A stretch of 64,000 nucleotides of DNA from an uncultured Candidatus Peregrinibacteria bacterium (GCA_937863435.1 CALMES010000136.1:15238-79237); one strand, 5' to 3'; shown: positions 1 to 9,215, numbered from the stretch's first letter. The notes: generated by a model from the sequence alone, not told the origin. Numbers and translations: made by a program.

Positions 1-1
1 T

Positions 2-517
2 ACGCCGTATCCCAACGGACTGATGACTGATATGTCCGGTGGTGATTCGACTGTCGCGTCCAACAAAAAGGTGCATCTTGATCCCACCAAGGGCAAGATC
101 GATCCTTTCTATGCGGGCGCGAAGATTGCCGTGATCACCGACGGCACTTCCAACACATGGGCCGTGTACGAAGACAGCGGCCGTTGCGAAAAGTATTGGG
201 AAACGAGCGGGGGGTATCTAGATCCCGTCACCGGCACCTCGCGCCGCCACTGGCGTTGGGCCGAACCCGATACGGCGTCTGGTGTTTCGCGCAAGATTAA
301 TAACAACAAGACGCCGTACGGAGGAGGAGCCAATTGCCCCTGGAACGTTCACGACTGCGGGCCCAACAACGAGAGTTTCAGTTTTCACCCTGGCGGGGTG
401 AATGTCTTGTTCTTGGATGGCAGCGTGCGGTTTCTCAAGGAGACCGTTGCAACAACAGTTGTCCGTGCACTCGTCACTCGGCAAGGCGGGGAAGTGATTT
501 CGGCTGATGCCTACTAA
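2..517 (+). CDS. DUF1559 (H-X9-DG) protein, C-terminal part; 5' end lies outside the window
   Basis: The frame is open to the window edge. The C-terminal signature HPGGVNVLFLDGSVRFLKETV...[10 protein letters not shown] is typical of Planctomycete DUF1559 pseudopilin-like proteins. Confidence 0.8.
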   Translation, partial: TPYPNGLMTDMSGGDSTVASNKKVHLDPTKGKIDPFYAGAKIAVITDGTSNTWAVYEDSGRCEKYWETSGGYLDPVTGTSRRHWRWAEPDTASGVSRKINNNKTPYGGGANCPWNVHDCGPNNESFSFHPGGVNVLFLDGSVRFLKETVATTVVRALVTRQGGEVISADAY

Positions 518-904
518 AGGCGCCTTCAACAATTTCTGAGACCAGCACAAGCCCGGTCGCATCCACCCTGTCAGCTTCGGCTGACGGGGGATGTTTATAT
601 AAAAAATAAAATTGATTCTCGTCAATATCAATGTATCCTGTTATGCGGATGAAATCACGTTAGACTACTTATAGCCTTATTTTCATCTCTGGAAATGAAG
701 CATTTGGATGTGACTTTTATGGTCTTTCACAGCATTGGTTTCAGAATGATCATTGAGGTTGTTCAAGAAGAAGATAAAGAATATTCGCCGTCTTTTTGTT
801 GAACAACCTCATATCAATCGAGGTTGCACTTGCCCTTACAGGGCAAACTAGACTGGTGGAACGGCACGTTGCCGCGAAATCAATCGAGTTGCAGGAGGTA
901 TGTC

Positions 905-1909
905 ATGCGTCAGACGCGTCGCACGCACAACGGTTTCACTTTGATCGAACTGCTGGTCGTCATCGCGATCATCGCGGTGCTGATCGCGCTCCTGCTCCCC
1001 GCCGTTCAAGCCGCTCGCGAAGCGGCGCGGCGGATGCAGTGTACGAACAATCTGAAGCAACTCGGACTCGGTGTGCACAACTACGAGTCCACGGTCGGAA
1101 TGTTCCCTATTGGCAATGCCAATTTGGGAATCGGAACTGGCCCCGCCATCATCGAGATGGGATGGGGCGTTGCCTCTCGGCTTCTGCCCTACATGGAACA
1201 GGCCAATGCTTACAATATTGGCAACTACGCGATCAAGTATTCCAATGCTCAAAACCTGACTGCAATCGGGTTGACGTTGAATTTCTTGATCTGCCCCAGT
1301 GAAGTCAAGACGGAGAAATTCACTCCCGTCTACGGCATCACCAACTACGGGTGGAACATGGGAACGTGGCTGGTGTGGACCGGTTACAGTTCTCCTGGCA
1401 ACGACGGCATGTTCGGCGTGAACTTCGGCAGACGCATTGCCGATATTCGCGACGGCACCAGTAACACGCTGGTTGCTTCCGAAAGCCTCGCTTCCGGGCC
1501 CAGTCTACGAAATTGCTCGGGCAGTTTTCCCACGTCGATCCCGACGCGGGAAGAAATGCTCAGCATCGTCGCTTCTTCTTACGGGTCATGTTCCATCACG
1601 AAAGATCCATGGGGAACTCGTTGGTCGAACGGTGCCTCGTACTATAGCGGCTTGACCACTGGCCTGCCGCCGAATACGCAAGTAACGGCCGGCCCGAACA
1701 AGATTCGTTTTAACCTCATCTCCAAAGATGAGAACGAAGGAGCGCCGACCGTTGCAATCGTCACGGCAGCCAGCAATCATGCTGGCGGCGTCAATGCCAT
1801 GCTTGCCGACGGATCGGTGCGCTTCGTCAAAAGTACCATCAGCGCCGGAGTCTGGCGCGCACTCGGCACGCCACAAGGTGGTGAAGTCATTTCCGCCGAC
1901 TCGTACTGA
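905..1909 (+). CDS. DUF1559 protein with N-terminal prepilin-type cleavage/methylation motif
   Basis: [34 protein letters not shown], then LICPSE, DGTSNTL, and C-terminal [24 protein letters not shown] sits 7 nt upstream of the ATG at 905. Confidence 0.9.
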   Translation: MRQTRRTHNGFTLIELLVVIAIIAVLIALLLPAVQAAREAARRMQCTNNLKQLGLGVHNYESTVGMFPIGNANLGIGTGPAIIEMGWGVASRLLPYMEQANAYNIGNYAIKYSNAQNLTAIGLTLNFLICPSEVKTEKFTPVYGITNYGWNMGTWLVWTGYSSPGNDGMFGVNFGRRIADIRDGTSNTLVASESLASGPSLRNCSGSFPTSIPTREEMLSIVASSYGSCSITKDPWGTRWSNGASYYSGLTTGLPPNTQVTAGPNKIRFNLISKDENEGAPTVAIVTAASNHAGGVNAMLADGSVRFVKSTISAGVWRALGTPQGGEVISADSY

Positions 1910-2030
1910 GCCGGGCGTTCTGAAACCAAGAGCATGGAAGCTCCTGTCGCATCTTCACCCATTCGATCGCCTTTGTGCGGTCGAGTGGGTATCAATTTGC
2001 ATCAATATATATTTATACTATATTTAACTT

Positions 2031-2438
2031 ATGATTCCACACACCCTTTCTCATCGCAATGAGCCAACAGTCATTTTCAAGTCACTTCAAGATTTTCAAG
2101 TCTATCTACAGGCATATCCAGATGGATTTGTCGTTGTTTGCAATGCACAAAACCAGCGTTCGCTCTACAAAATTTCATCGTTAGATGAAAATGGCATGTC
2201 TTTACGTGGTGTAGATGGAAGTCAATGGAATCCTTCTTTTGATTCACATGATGGAACAGTCAAAGTGGCGACGGGTGTGTCTATTACATTTCCTACGTCG
2301 CAGGAAGTGCAAGAAGCACAGAATAAATTTGCAGCCAAAGAAATCAAGCCTGTTTCAAATGCGCCTGATGGGAGAGTAAATGGTAAACGTAATCGAATTC
2401 GAAGCGTTGTAGCCGGATTACTCGGTGGAAATAGGTAA
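2031..2438 (+). CDS. hypothetical protein (135 aa)
   Basis: Called as an ORF only, with AT-rich flanks and no recognisable motif. Confidence 0.4.
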   Translation: MIPHTLSHRNEPTVIFKSLQDFQVYLQAYPDGFVVVCNAQNQRSLYKISSLDENGMSLRGVDGSQWNPSFDSHDGTVKVATGVSITFPTSQEVQEAQNKFAAKEIKPVSNAPDGRVNGKRNRIRSVVAGLLGGNR

Positions 2439-2633
2439 TTGTTGTGCCTGCCGACAATGAAGGTACAAAAACTGATTTTTTGGCATCAGCGTTGATCAAT
2501 GTCGTGTCATTTTTTCTTTCAGTTGTGAAGTAATCGCTCGATTGCTACGTTTGATTCATGAATTCTCCATTGTGGAGAGTTCGGCGATCTTTCATAGATC
2601 GGCTCAGTGGTTTCGTTCCTCACGGAGGTTTCC

Positions 2634-3755
2634 ATGCGCACGTTCCTGTCGTTGGTTGCTCTCTTCTGCGTCGCGTCCGGTTCCTTTGCAGCGCAGCCGC
2701 TTCGGTCGGAGCCAGTGTCGCGGCGATGGACTATCGTCAGCCGTACCTACTTTCAAGACCAAGGCGACTGGCAAGTGCAGTATGCCTTGCGCCATCAGTC
2801 ACTGCAGGATGTTCCATTGTATCCCCACGATATTGCAATCGGCATGCGCGGTTGGGTGTCCAATTCGCGCGTTGACGGTCACGGAAGCCCAAAAATGGCC
2901 GCTGCAGAGGTCAATGCGTCGACAGGATGTAATGTCCTCTACGACATTATTCCGTCTTTGAATGACTGCCTGCGTTGCCGCGAGCGAATGACTGTTCGTA
3001 TGTGGGTCGGCAATGCGCTCGATCCACCGAATGCCATTGCTCCGCACATTCCGTCCATCAGCATCACATGGTGGACAAAAAGTGAGCCGTTTTCGATGGT
3101 CATGATTCCTGCCAAGGAATTGCTCCATATTCGTATTCGTTTCGGGCACGAGCATTTTTTGTTCGGTCCGTATAATCCGCTTCTGGGTAAGCGAGATCTG
3201 AGCATCCGCCTCGGAAGCGATGTCATCACCGATACACTTCCGCTTAACCAGCAGCAGTATGCTGCGTTCCCACACGAAGAATGGGGAGTTATTCCAGAAG
3301 ACCGGCTGGATACGATGCACTTCGTATCCAAGCCCGACAGTCTGCATCTGGAAGCACATGTTCCAGGCAATCTGTCGTACCGCTTCGCAGAGAAGCCTGT
3401 ACGCTACTCAACAAAAATGCGTCTCAGCTTTTGGTATTTGGTCGCACCCGACACGCGTGGCGACTTCAAATTCCAACTTGTACAGTACAAGGACAGCCCC
3501 CATGGCTGGGAAGTACTGCATGCTGGGATGATCGAAAAAACGTATTACACAATCGATCGGACGTGCAAACCGGTCGATCAAAGAAAGAACGTCGCAGGTC
3601 GGTGGATGCATGTCGAACACATACTTCGTACCGAGTCGCAGGCGACGTCGGCAGCGCTGACGTTTCGCATTAGCAATTCTCCAGACAACATCGGTGAAGT
3701 ATGGATTGACGATGTCGTCTTTGAACCAATAGGCGCGCCATCGCGCAGCCCCTGA
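2634..3755 (+). CDS. secreted hypothetical protein with a jelly-roll/CBM-like C-terminus
   Basis: Signal peptide MRTFLSLVALFCVASGSFAAQP, with GGAGG upstream of the ATG. The C-terminal EVWIDDVVFEP resembles the ends of carbohydrate-binding modules. Confidence 0.6.
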   Translation: MRTFLSLVALFCVASGSFAAQPLRSEPVSRRWTIVSRTYFQDQGDWQVQYALRHQSLQDVPLYPHDIAIGMRGWVSNSRVDGHGSPKMAAAEVNASTGCNVLYDIIPSLNDCLRCRERMTVRMWVGNALDPPNAIAPHIPSISITWWTKSEPFSMVMIPAKELLHIRIRFGHEHFLFGPYNPLLGKRDLSIRLGSDVITDTLPLNQQQYAAFPHEEWGVIPEDRLDTMHFVSKPDSLHLEAHVPGNLSYRFAEKPVRYSTKMRLSFWYLVAPDTRGDFKFQLVQYKDSPHGWEVLHAGMIEKTYYTIDRTCKPVDQRKNVAGRWMHVEHILRTESQATSAALTFRISNSPDNIGEVWIDDVVFEPIGAPSRSP

Positions 3756-3771
3756 GCCGTAGAGGAAAGCA

Positions 3772-3804
3772 CCCTGCCAGGCCGAAAGGTTTGGCGGGGG
3801 TTTT
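3772..3804 (+). terminator. intrinsic terminator
   Basis: CCCTGCCAGGCC-GAAA-GGTTTGGCGGGG forms a 12-bp stem (with G-U pairs) and a GAAA loop, followed by G+TTTT, 17 nt after the stop codon. Confidence 0.6.
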
Positions 3805-3875
3805 ACGATATCGAATTACGAATCTGGAAGTACGAATGACGATTGTCGCAATTCGTGATTCGTACTTCGCGTCAT
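3804..3875. repeat. intergenic word array, TACGAAT type, forming an imperfect hairpin
   Basis: tacgata tcgaattacgaat..gaagtacgaatgacg is opposed by cgcaattcgtgattcgtacttcgcgtc. Confidence 0.7.
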
Positions 3876-4007
3876 GCCCTCACCCGCCCTTCGGGCACCC
3901 TCTCCCGCTGCGCTGGGGAGAGGGGATATATGCAGAAAGTGGTGAATGAATTTTCCGTACAATCCTCTCATCTTCTCCTCCTCTCATCTTCTCTCTATAC
4001 TCTCCCC

Positions 4008-4598
4008 ATGCCCAAGCCCTACGTTCCCAACGACAAATGGTCGCAGCGCGCACACGCCGAGGGTTTTCGGGCGCGGTCCGTCTATAAACTTGAAGAACTA
4101 GATACCAAGTTTCGGTTGCTCAAGCCCGGTCAGAAAATTATCGATATCGGTGCGGCCCCGGGCAGCTGGCTGCAGTATGCCAGTCAGAAAATCGGACCGC
4201 AGGGACAGATTGTCGGCATCGATCTCAAAGAAATCGAAGCGGTAGCCGATAACGTCCATACGTTCATTTGCGATGTCACCAATGATCAAGCGCTGGAAGT
4301 AGCACTCAAAGAGAGGGGATTTCCAAAGGCGGATTTGATTCTTTCGGACATCGCCCCCAATACCAGCGGCATAAAAGACGTGGATCAGTGGCGCTCCATC
4401 GAACTGAATCAGATGATTCTGCATGTTGCATCAAATTGGCTCAAGCCGCGCGGCAGACTCGTAATGAAGGTGTTCCGTGGCGCCGATTTCGACGAATTCT
4501 TAGCCGAAGTAAAACAGCAATTTGCCATAGTAAAAATCAGCAGCGTAAAAGCCAGCCGAGACAGAAGCAGGGAAGTGTATGTGGTGTGCGGGAATTGA
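4008..4598 (+). CDS. rlmE: 23S rRNA (uridine-2'-O)-methyltransferase RlmE/FtsJ
   Basis: SVYKLEELD, DIGAAPGSW, SDIAPNTSG and KVFRG are FtsJ-family motifs. The ORF upstream of the ATG at 4008 translates repeat DNA. Confidence 0.9.
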   Translation: MPKPYVPNDKWSQRAHAEGFRARSVYKLEELDTKFRLLKPGQKIIDIGAAPGSWLQYASQKIGPQGQIVGIDLKEIEAVADNVHTFICDVTNDQALEVALKERGFPKADLILSDIAPNTSGIKDVDQWRSIELNQMILHVASNWLKPRGRLVMKVFRGADFDEFLAEVKQQFAIVKISSVKASRDRSREVYVVCGN

Positions 4599-4600
4599 CA

Positions 4601-4758
4601 GGGTGAGTGGGATGAGGTGAGTAAGAGTGATTGATAGGTAAGGCGGGTAAAGCGAGTAAGGTGGGTAAGGCGCGTCATGTTGCGAAATGATTTTCTCGTT
4701 ACAAAAATAATAGACTCTACCCGCAATACCCGTTTTACGCACAATACCCACCTTACCC
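4601..4758. repeat. intergenic word array, GGGTAAG / CTTACCC type
   Basis: The G-rich arm (gggtgagtgggatgaggtgagtaag...ggtaaggcgggtaaagcgagtaaggtgggtaaggcg) and the C-rich arm (ctacccgcaatacccg...caatacccaccttaccc) are separated by an AT-rich core. Confidence 0.8.
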
Positions 4759-4817
4759 TTTTTTCTGTCGAGCCTTTTCCTTGGCACTGGGCCCGTCGTT
4801 TCGCTATCCTTTCCTCC

Positions 4818-5753
4818 ATGATTGTCTTCTCGTCGGTGACAAAATCTTTCGAACGGCGCATGGTCCTGGATCACATCAATCTCCGCATCGAACCGGGGGA
4901 ATTTGTGTGTCTTACCGGCCCCAGCGGGGCAGGAAAATCGACCATGATTCAGCTTCTCATCCGCGCGGATTTTCCAACGGATGGCGTGATAGAAGTGGAT
5001 GGCGTGGATCTCGCCAAACTTCCGGCATCCATTCTGCAAATGTACCGTCGTCGCACCGGCGTGGTGTTTCAGGATTACAAATTACTCTCCGATCGTACCG
5101 TTTACGAAAACGTCGCATTTGCCATGGAAGTCTGTGGTGACAGCGACGAAGCGATCCGTGAGCGTGTCCCAGCGCTGCTTCAGCAAATCGGGCTGGCCGA
5201 CAGAGGCAAAGCATTTCCGCGTGAGCTCTCTGGCGGGGAAAAAGCACGCGTTGCATTGGCTCGAGCGCTCGTGCATCACCCGATGATCGTGATTGCCGAC
5301 GAGCCAACCGGCAACATCGACCCCAGGCAATCCTTGCAGATTGTCGAGCTGCTCAAAAAAGTCCATAAGGAAGGCGCGACAGTTATCTTGGCATCGCACG
5401 ATCAGCAGATTATTGATGCGCTGCAGACGCGCGTGGTGCGGCTGGAGGGCGGGAAAATCATCCGCGATTCCATCGGCGGCTACGATACCGGCAGCAATCA
5501 GACAATCGGCATGCAGTCGGCACGTAAGCATCAGATCTTCGATAAAGAAAACGACGCCTTTATGGCGCCCAAAGAGGTTGCCAAGCCAATTTCCCATAAG
5601 CCAGAAAAGCACGAAGCGAAAAAAGCGCATCCAGACAGCAAAAAAGAGCTATCGGATTCATCCGAAGTCGAAGTAAAAGTTACGGATATAACGCCACAGA
5701 AGCCGGCTGAAAGCCCAAAGCCAAGCAACAAAATCAAGCCGATTGCGATTTAA
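4818..5753 (+). CDS. ftsE: cell-division ABC ATPase FtsE with a Lys/Pro-rich C-terminal tail
   Basis: Walker A GPSGAGKST, signature LSGGEKARV, Walker B IVIADEPTG, H-loop ASHD. An FtsE-like N-terminus with an extra tail of about 90 aa. Confidence 0.85.
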   Translation: MIVFSSVTKSFERRMVLDHINLRIEPGEFVCLTGPSGAGKSTMIQLLIRADFPTDGVIEVDGVDLAKLPASILQMYRRRTGVVFQDYKLLSDRTVYENVAFAMEVCGDSDEAIRERVPALLQQIGLADRGKAFPRELSGGEKARVALARALVHHPMIVIADEPTGNIDPRQSLQIVELLKKVHKEGATVILASHDQQIIDALQTRVVRLEGGKIIRDSIGGYDTGSNQTIGMQSARKHQIFDKENDAFMAPKEVAKPISHKPEKHEAKKAHPDSKKELSDSSEVEVKVTDITPQKPAESPKPSNKIKPIAI

Positions 5754-5816
5754 TCTACGTCATCAATTGAGTTGAGAGGGATGTTATGTCTTTCCAATAA
5801 TTTGTAAAAAATTCTT

Positions 5817-6056
5817 CTATTGATGGCTAAACTTTCTGCAACTTTTTTTTATATTCGGATTACCGGAATTCCTTTCTTGGCGATCTAATTCGAGTCTATT
5901 GACAATGACTTTCCTCTCTACGGCTTTGATTAATTTTTCCAGCGATAATATTCTGCCTTTATCTATTGTATCTAGTAAGGCAGTAATATTCGGATTTATT
6001 GAAAGAGTACTTAATTTCAGATTTTTGTACAAGCGGCGCGGACTATTTGCTGTCAT
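5817..6056 (-). CDS. small hypothetical protein (79 aa) in an AT-rich islet
   Basis: Called as an ORF only. A perfect 10-bp inverted repeat lies just upstream (6081-6090 / 6119-6128). Confidence 0.25.
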   Translation of the reverse strand: MTANSPRRLYKNLKLSTLSINPNITALLDTIDKGRILSLEKLIKAVERKVIVNRLELDRQERNSGNPNIKKSCRKFSHQ

Positions 6057-6295
6057 ACATATATTAAAACATCTTCACATTTTACTTGCAAAGGTAAAAG
6101 ATGCATGTATGATGACTGTGCAAGTAAATCCTCGTTCCCCAAGATAGTTGCCTTAACGGAGACTGACACGAAGCGGACGGGGTTTTGATTATAGAATTTT
6201 TTCTGTCTGTCGGGACGTGCCGGCTATTTGAAGTATATCCCGTAAAAATAATTGATGAACATCATTGAGCAGTCCGGCGCTTCCCGACAAAAGTT

Positions 6296-7342
6296 TTACC
6301 ACTTTAGCTTACCTTTCATCTCGACTTCGCCGTTGCCATCGACAATCTCACCAATGGCGTAGGTATCAATCTTGAGCGACTCAAAGTGTCTGATTGTTTC
6401 TGCTACCGCATCAGCACTTACCACAATCGTCATGCCGGCACCGAGATTATACGTCCGGCGCATGTCGACGTCCGTCGAGCCAGAATACTTCTTGATCACC
6501 TTGAAGATCGGCAGAATTTTGATGGCCGATGCATCGATGCTCGCATCCAGATTTTTCGGCAGAATACGATTGAGATTTCCCTCTATGCCACCGCCTGTAA
6601 TATGCGCCATGCCATGTAAGCTTGGCTGCTTCATCAGGTCCTTGAGCGGTTTCCAATAGCAGCGATGAGGAATGAGGACGGTATCGATAAAAGATTTTCC
6701 ATCGATCGTCTCCTTTAAAATTTCCGGCTTAGCTTCCATCAATTTTCGTACCAGTGTGTAGCCATTGGTGTGCAGTCCGCTGGAGGCAACAGCAAGAACC
6801 CGATCGCCTTTTTTGATGGCGGAGCCATCAATTACTTTTGATTTTTCGGCAACGCCAATGCCGCTGCTGGTCAAAATGTACGTGCCAGCCGGAATGACGC
6901 CCGGCTGCTCCGATGTCTCGCCGCCGGTCAAAATGCAATCCTGCGCGCGGCAGGCATCGGCCATGCCTTTCACAATCCGCTTTACTTTGTCGCTCTCGAG
7001 TTTGCCGCAGATAATACAATCCTGGAAAAACACGGGAGTGGCACCCATTACAATAATATCGTTGATGAGGTGATTGATGAGGTCCTCGCAGACACTCTCG
7101 ATTTTATCATGCTGAAACGCGATGAGTTGCTTGCTGCCCGGCTCTTCCGTTTTACAGACCAAAACCGGTTCTTTGTAGCCCTTGAATGAGCCGTCCAGCA
7201 GCGATGCAAACGCACCGAAGGCATTCAGCACCAGCGGACTTTTTGTTTCCAGGCTCGTTGCCATCGCTTTCTTGGTCGCATCGGCATTATCGATATCGAC
7301 GCCGGCGGATTTGTAGGAGATTGGAGAGGATGGGTCGGGCAT
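6296..7342 (-). CDS. purM: phosphoribosylformylglycinamidine cyclo-ligase (AIR synthetase)
   Basis: YKSAGVDID, GGETSEQPG and HITGGG are PurM motifs across the full length. Confidence 0.95.
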   Translation of the reverse strand: MPDPSSPISYKSAGVDIDNADATKKAMATSLETKSPLVLNAFGAFASLLDGSFKGYKEPVLVCKTEEPGSKQLIAFQHDKIESVCEDLINHLINDIIVMGATPVFFQDCIICGKLESDKVKRIVKGMADACRAQDCILTGGETSEQPGVIPAGTYILTSSGIGVAEKSKVIDGSAIKKGDRVLAVASSGLHTNGYTLVRKLMEAKPEILKETIDGKSFIDTVLIPHRCYWKPLKDLMKQPSLHGMAHITGGGIEGNLNRILPKNLDASIDASAIKILPIFKVIKKYSGSTDVDMRRTYNLGAGMTIVVSADAVAETIRHFESLKIDTYAIGEIVDGNGEVEMKGKLKW

Positions 7343-7366
7343 GGGAGGGAAAGAAGTTGGGTTGAA

Positions 7367-7531
7367 AGGTAAGGCGGGTAATGCGGGTATTGGGTGTATA
7401 GCGGGTAGGATAGGTAAAAATTCGTGTGGGCCTGAACTAATAATACCTGAAACCTACCCGCCTTACACGCTTTACCCGCTATACCCACAATACCCACTCC
7501 TTACGCCTTACCCACACTACCTGCCTTACTC
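7367..7531. repeat. intergenic word array, GGGTAAG / CTTACCC type, between divergent purM and the MarR gene
   Basis: ggtaaggcgggtaatgcgggtattgggtgtatagcgggtaggataggtaa, then an AT-rich core, then cctacccgccttacacgctttacccgctatacccacaatacccactccttacgccttaccc. Confidence 0.85.
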
Positions 7532-7583
7532 CCCCCTCTTTTCTTCACCCCCCGCCTCATTTCATGCTATCATCAGCCCACGC

Positions 7584-8003
7584 ATGAGCCATACTCTCGA
7601 CCTTATCCATCTGCTGAAGAACGCCGCAAGTTGTTGCGAGCGCGAATTACAGGTGGGGCTTCAGGGCAGCGACATCAGCATCTGCCAGGCGATGATGCTC
7701 CAGCAGATACAGGAAAACGGCGAATCCATGAGCAAGCTCAGCAAGGCTTTGTGCTGCCACAAAAGCAATGTCACGCAGATTGTCGACGGCATGGTTAAAG
7801 CCGAATGGGTCGAGCGTGAGCTCTGCAAAACAGACCGTCGTGTGTCTCATTTAAAACTCACAGGCAAAGGCAAAAAACTGCTCGATGTGATCGAGGCAGC
7901 TCTTAAAAAGCAGGCCGACAAATGTTTCGGTATGTATTCAGAGGCAGAAAAGAAGCAGCTGGAGGCATTGCTGAGGAAATTTGTGGAAACACATTCGCAT
8001 TAA
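7584..8003 (+). CDS. MarR-family transcriptional regulator
   Basis: Winged-helix region ICQAMMLQQIQENGESMSKLSKALCCHKSNVTQIVDGMVKAEWVERE...DRRVSHLKLT. The start is set at the ATG at 7584, after the repeat DNA. Confidence 0.8.
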   Translation: MSHTLDLIHLLKNAASCCERELQVGLQGSDISICQAMMLQQIQENGESMSKLSKALCCHKSNVTQIVDGMVKAEWVERELCKTDRRVSHLKLTGKGKKLLDVIEAALKKQADKCFGMYSEAEKKQLEALLRKFVETHSH

Positions 8004-8005
8004 TA

Positions 8006-8100
8006 AATACGAAGATCAAAGAACCAAGCGCGAAACAAAATTAAATTTCGAATTTTAAAATTAGAATTTGTTTCAAATTTCGTATTTGGTTCTTCGTACT
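8006..8100. repeat. intergenic word array, AGAACCAA / TTGGTTCT type hairpin
   Basis: aatacgaagatcaaagaaccaagcgcgaaacaaaa ... tttgtttcaaatttcgtatttggttcttcgta. Confidence 0.8.
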
Positions 8101-8121
8101 TGCTTCTACTATACTTTTGCT

Positions 8122-9108
8122 ATGCATCCCAATAACGAAAAAATCGCCGCACTGCTGCGCGAAATTGCCGATATTCTGGATTTCCAATCCATCGCATTCA
8201 AACCGGGAGCCTATCGAAAAGCCGCGCAGACAATCGAAGATCAGTCTGCGGATATTTGCTCGTTTGCAACTATAAAAGAACTACAGGCACTTCCCGGCAT
8301 CGGCGAAGCGATTGCATCTAAAATCCGTGAATATTGTGAAAATGGCTCGATCAAATTTCTCGATGAACTCCGCAGCGAAATCGGACTCGGCTCACTCAGC
8401 TTATTGCAAGTGGATGACCTGGGACCCAAGCGTGTAGTCCAGCTCCAAAAAGAACTGGGCATCAAAACGGTCGACGACCTCATTAAAGCAGCGCAGGAGG
8501 GAAAATTACGATCACTTCCACGTTTTTCCGAACATATGGAGGCGAAAATTCTGGAAAATGCTTTGGCGGTGGGCGAGCGCAGCAAGCGATTTGTGCGCGG
8601 CGACATCGAATCCGAAGTGGAATCGCTCCTGGAAAGTATTCGCGGCGTGGAGGGCATTGAACGGGCGCAAGCGGCCGGTTCGTATCGCCGGCATAAGGAA
8701 ACGATTGGCGACGTGGATATTGTTGCGACGCTCAGTATGAAGACGGGAGACGCGGAAAAGAAAGCGGCATTTCGTAAAAGTGTAGCGGAGAAAATCTCGA
8801 CGCTGCCGGCTGTCCGTAAAATCGTTGCATTCGGTGATACAAAATTATCCTTCGACGCTCAGTCCGGCTTGCGCGTGGATGTGCGCTTTGTGGAGGATGA
8901 CGAGTGGGGAAGCGCGCTTCTGTACTTTACGGGCGACAAAGAACATAACATCGCAATGCGAAAAATCGCGATCGCCAAAGGCTGGAAACTGAATGAATAC
9001 GGGCTGTTTGACGGCGAGAAAAATATCGCCAGCAAAACCGAGGAAGAGATTTATAAGAAACTGGGATTGAAGTATGTGGAGCCGCGGGAGAGGAGGGGGG
9101 AGGTATAA
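8122..9108 (+). CDS. family X DNA polymerase (Pol beta-like, no PHP domain)
   Basis: HhH motifs (LPGIGEAIASKI, DLGPKRV) and the nucleotidyltransferase motif AGSYRRHKETIGDVDIV. Confidence 0.85.
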   Translation: MHPNNEKIAALLREIADILDFQSIAFKPGAYRKAAQTIEDQSADICSFATIKELQALPGIGEAIASKIREYCENGSIKFLDELRSEIGLGSLSLLQVDDLGPKRVVQLQKELGIKTVDDLIKAAQEGKLRSLPRFSEHMEAKILENALAVGERSKRFVRGDIESEVESLLESIRGVEGIERAQAAGSYRRHKETIGDVDIVATLSMKTGDAEKKAAFRKSVAEKISTLPAVRKIVAFGDTKLSFDAQSGLRVDVRFVEDDEWGSALLYFTGDKEHNIAMRKIAIAKGWKLNEYGLFDGEKNIASKTEEEIYKKLGLKYVEPRERRGEV

Positions 9109-9114
9109 TTAAAA

Positions 9115-9215
9115 TTCCAAGAAACAAGATACAAATTGCAAAAATTCGAAGATCAAAGAACCAAATCCGAGTCAAATATCGCAAACACGAAAACGAATGA
9201 ACGAGAATCAAACAA
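9115..9215. repeat. purine-rich word array (AGAACCAA type), single arm
   Basis: Contains cgaagatcaaagaaccaa (9147-9164), identical to 8010-8027, and is closely similar to 53990-54031. Confidence 0.7.

Noticed and set aside
7341-7583. N-terminal extensions of the track ORFs for marR (7341), ftsE (4677), rlmE (3843), ppa (10230), GH15 (53956), MCO (31900) and the surface protein (48499).
   Set aside because: The extensions translate repeat arrays or overlap neighbouring genes or the tRNA. Conserved family sequence begins at internal ATGs that are preceded by the host-typical C/T-rich leader.
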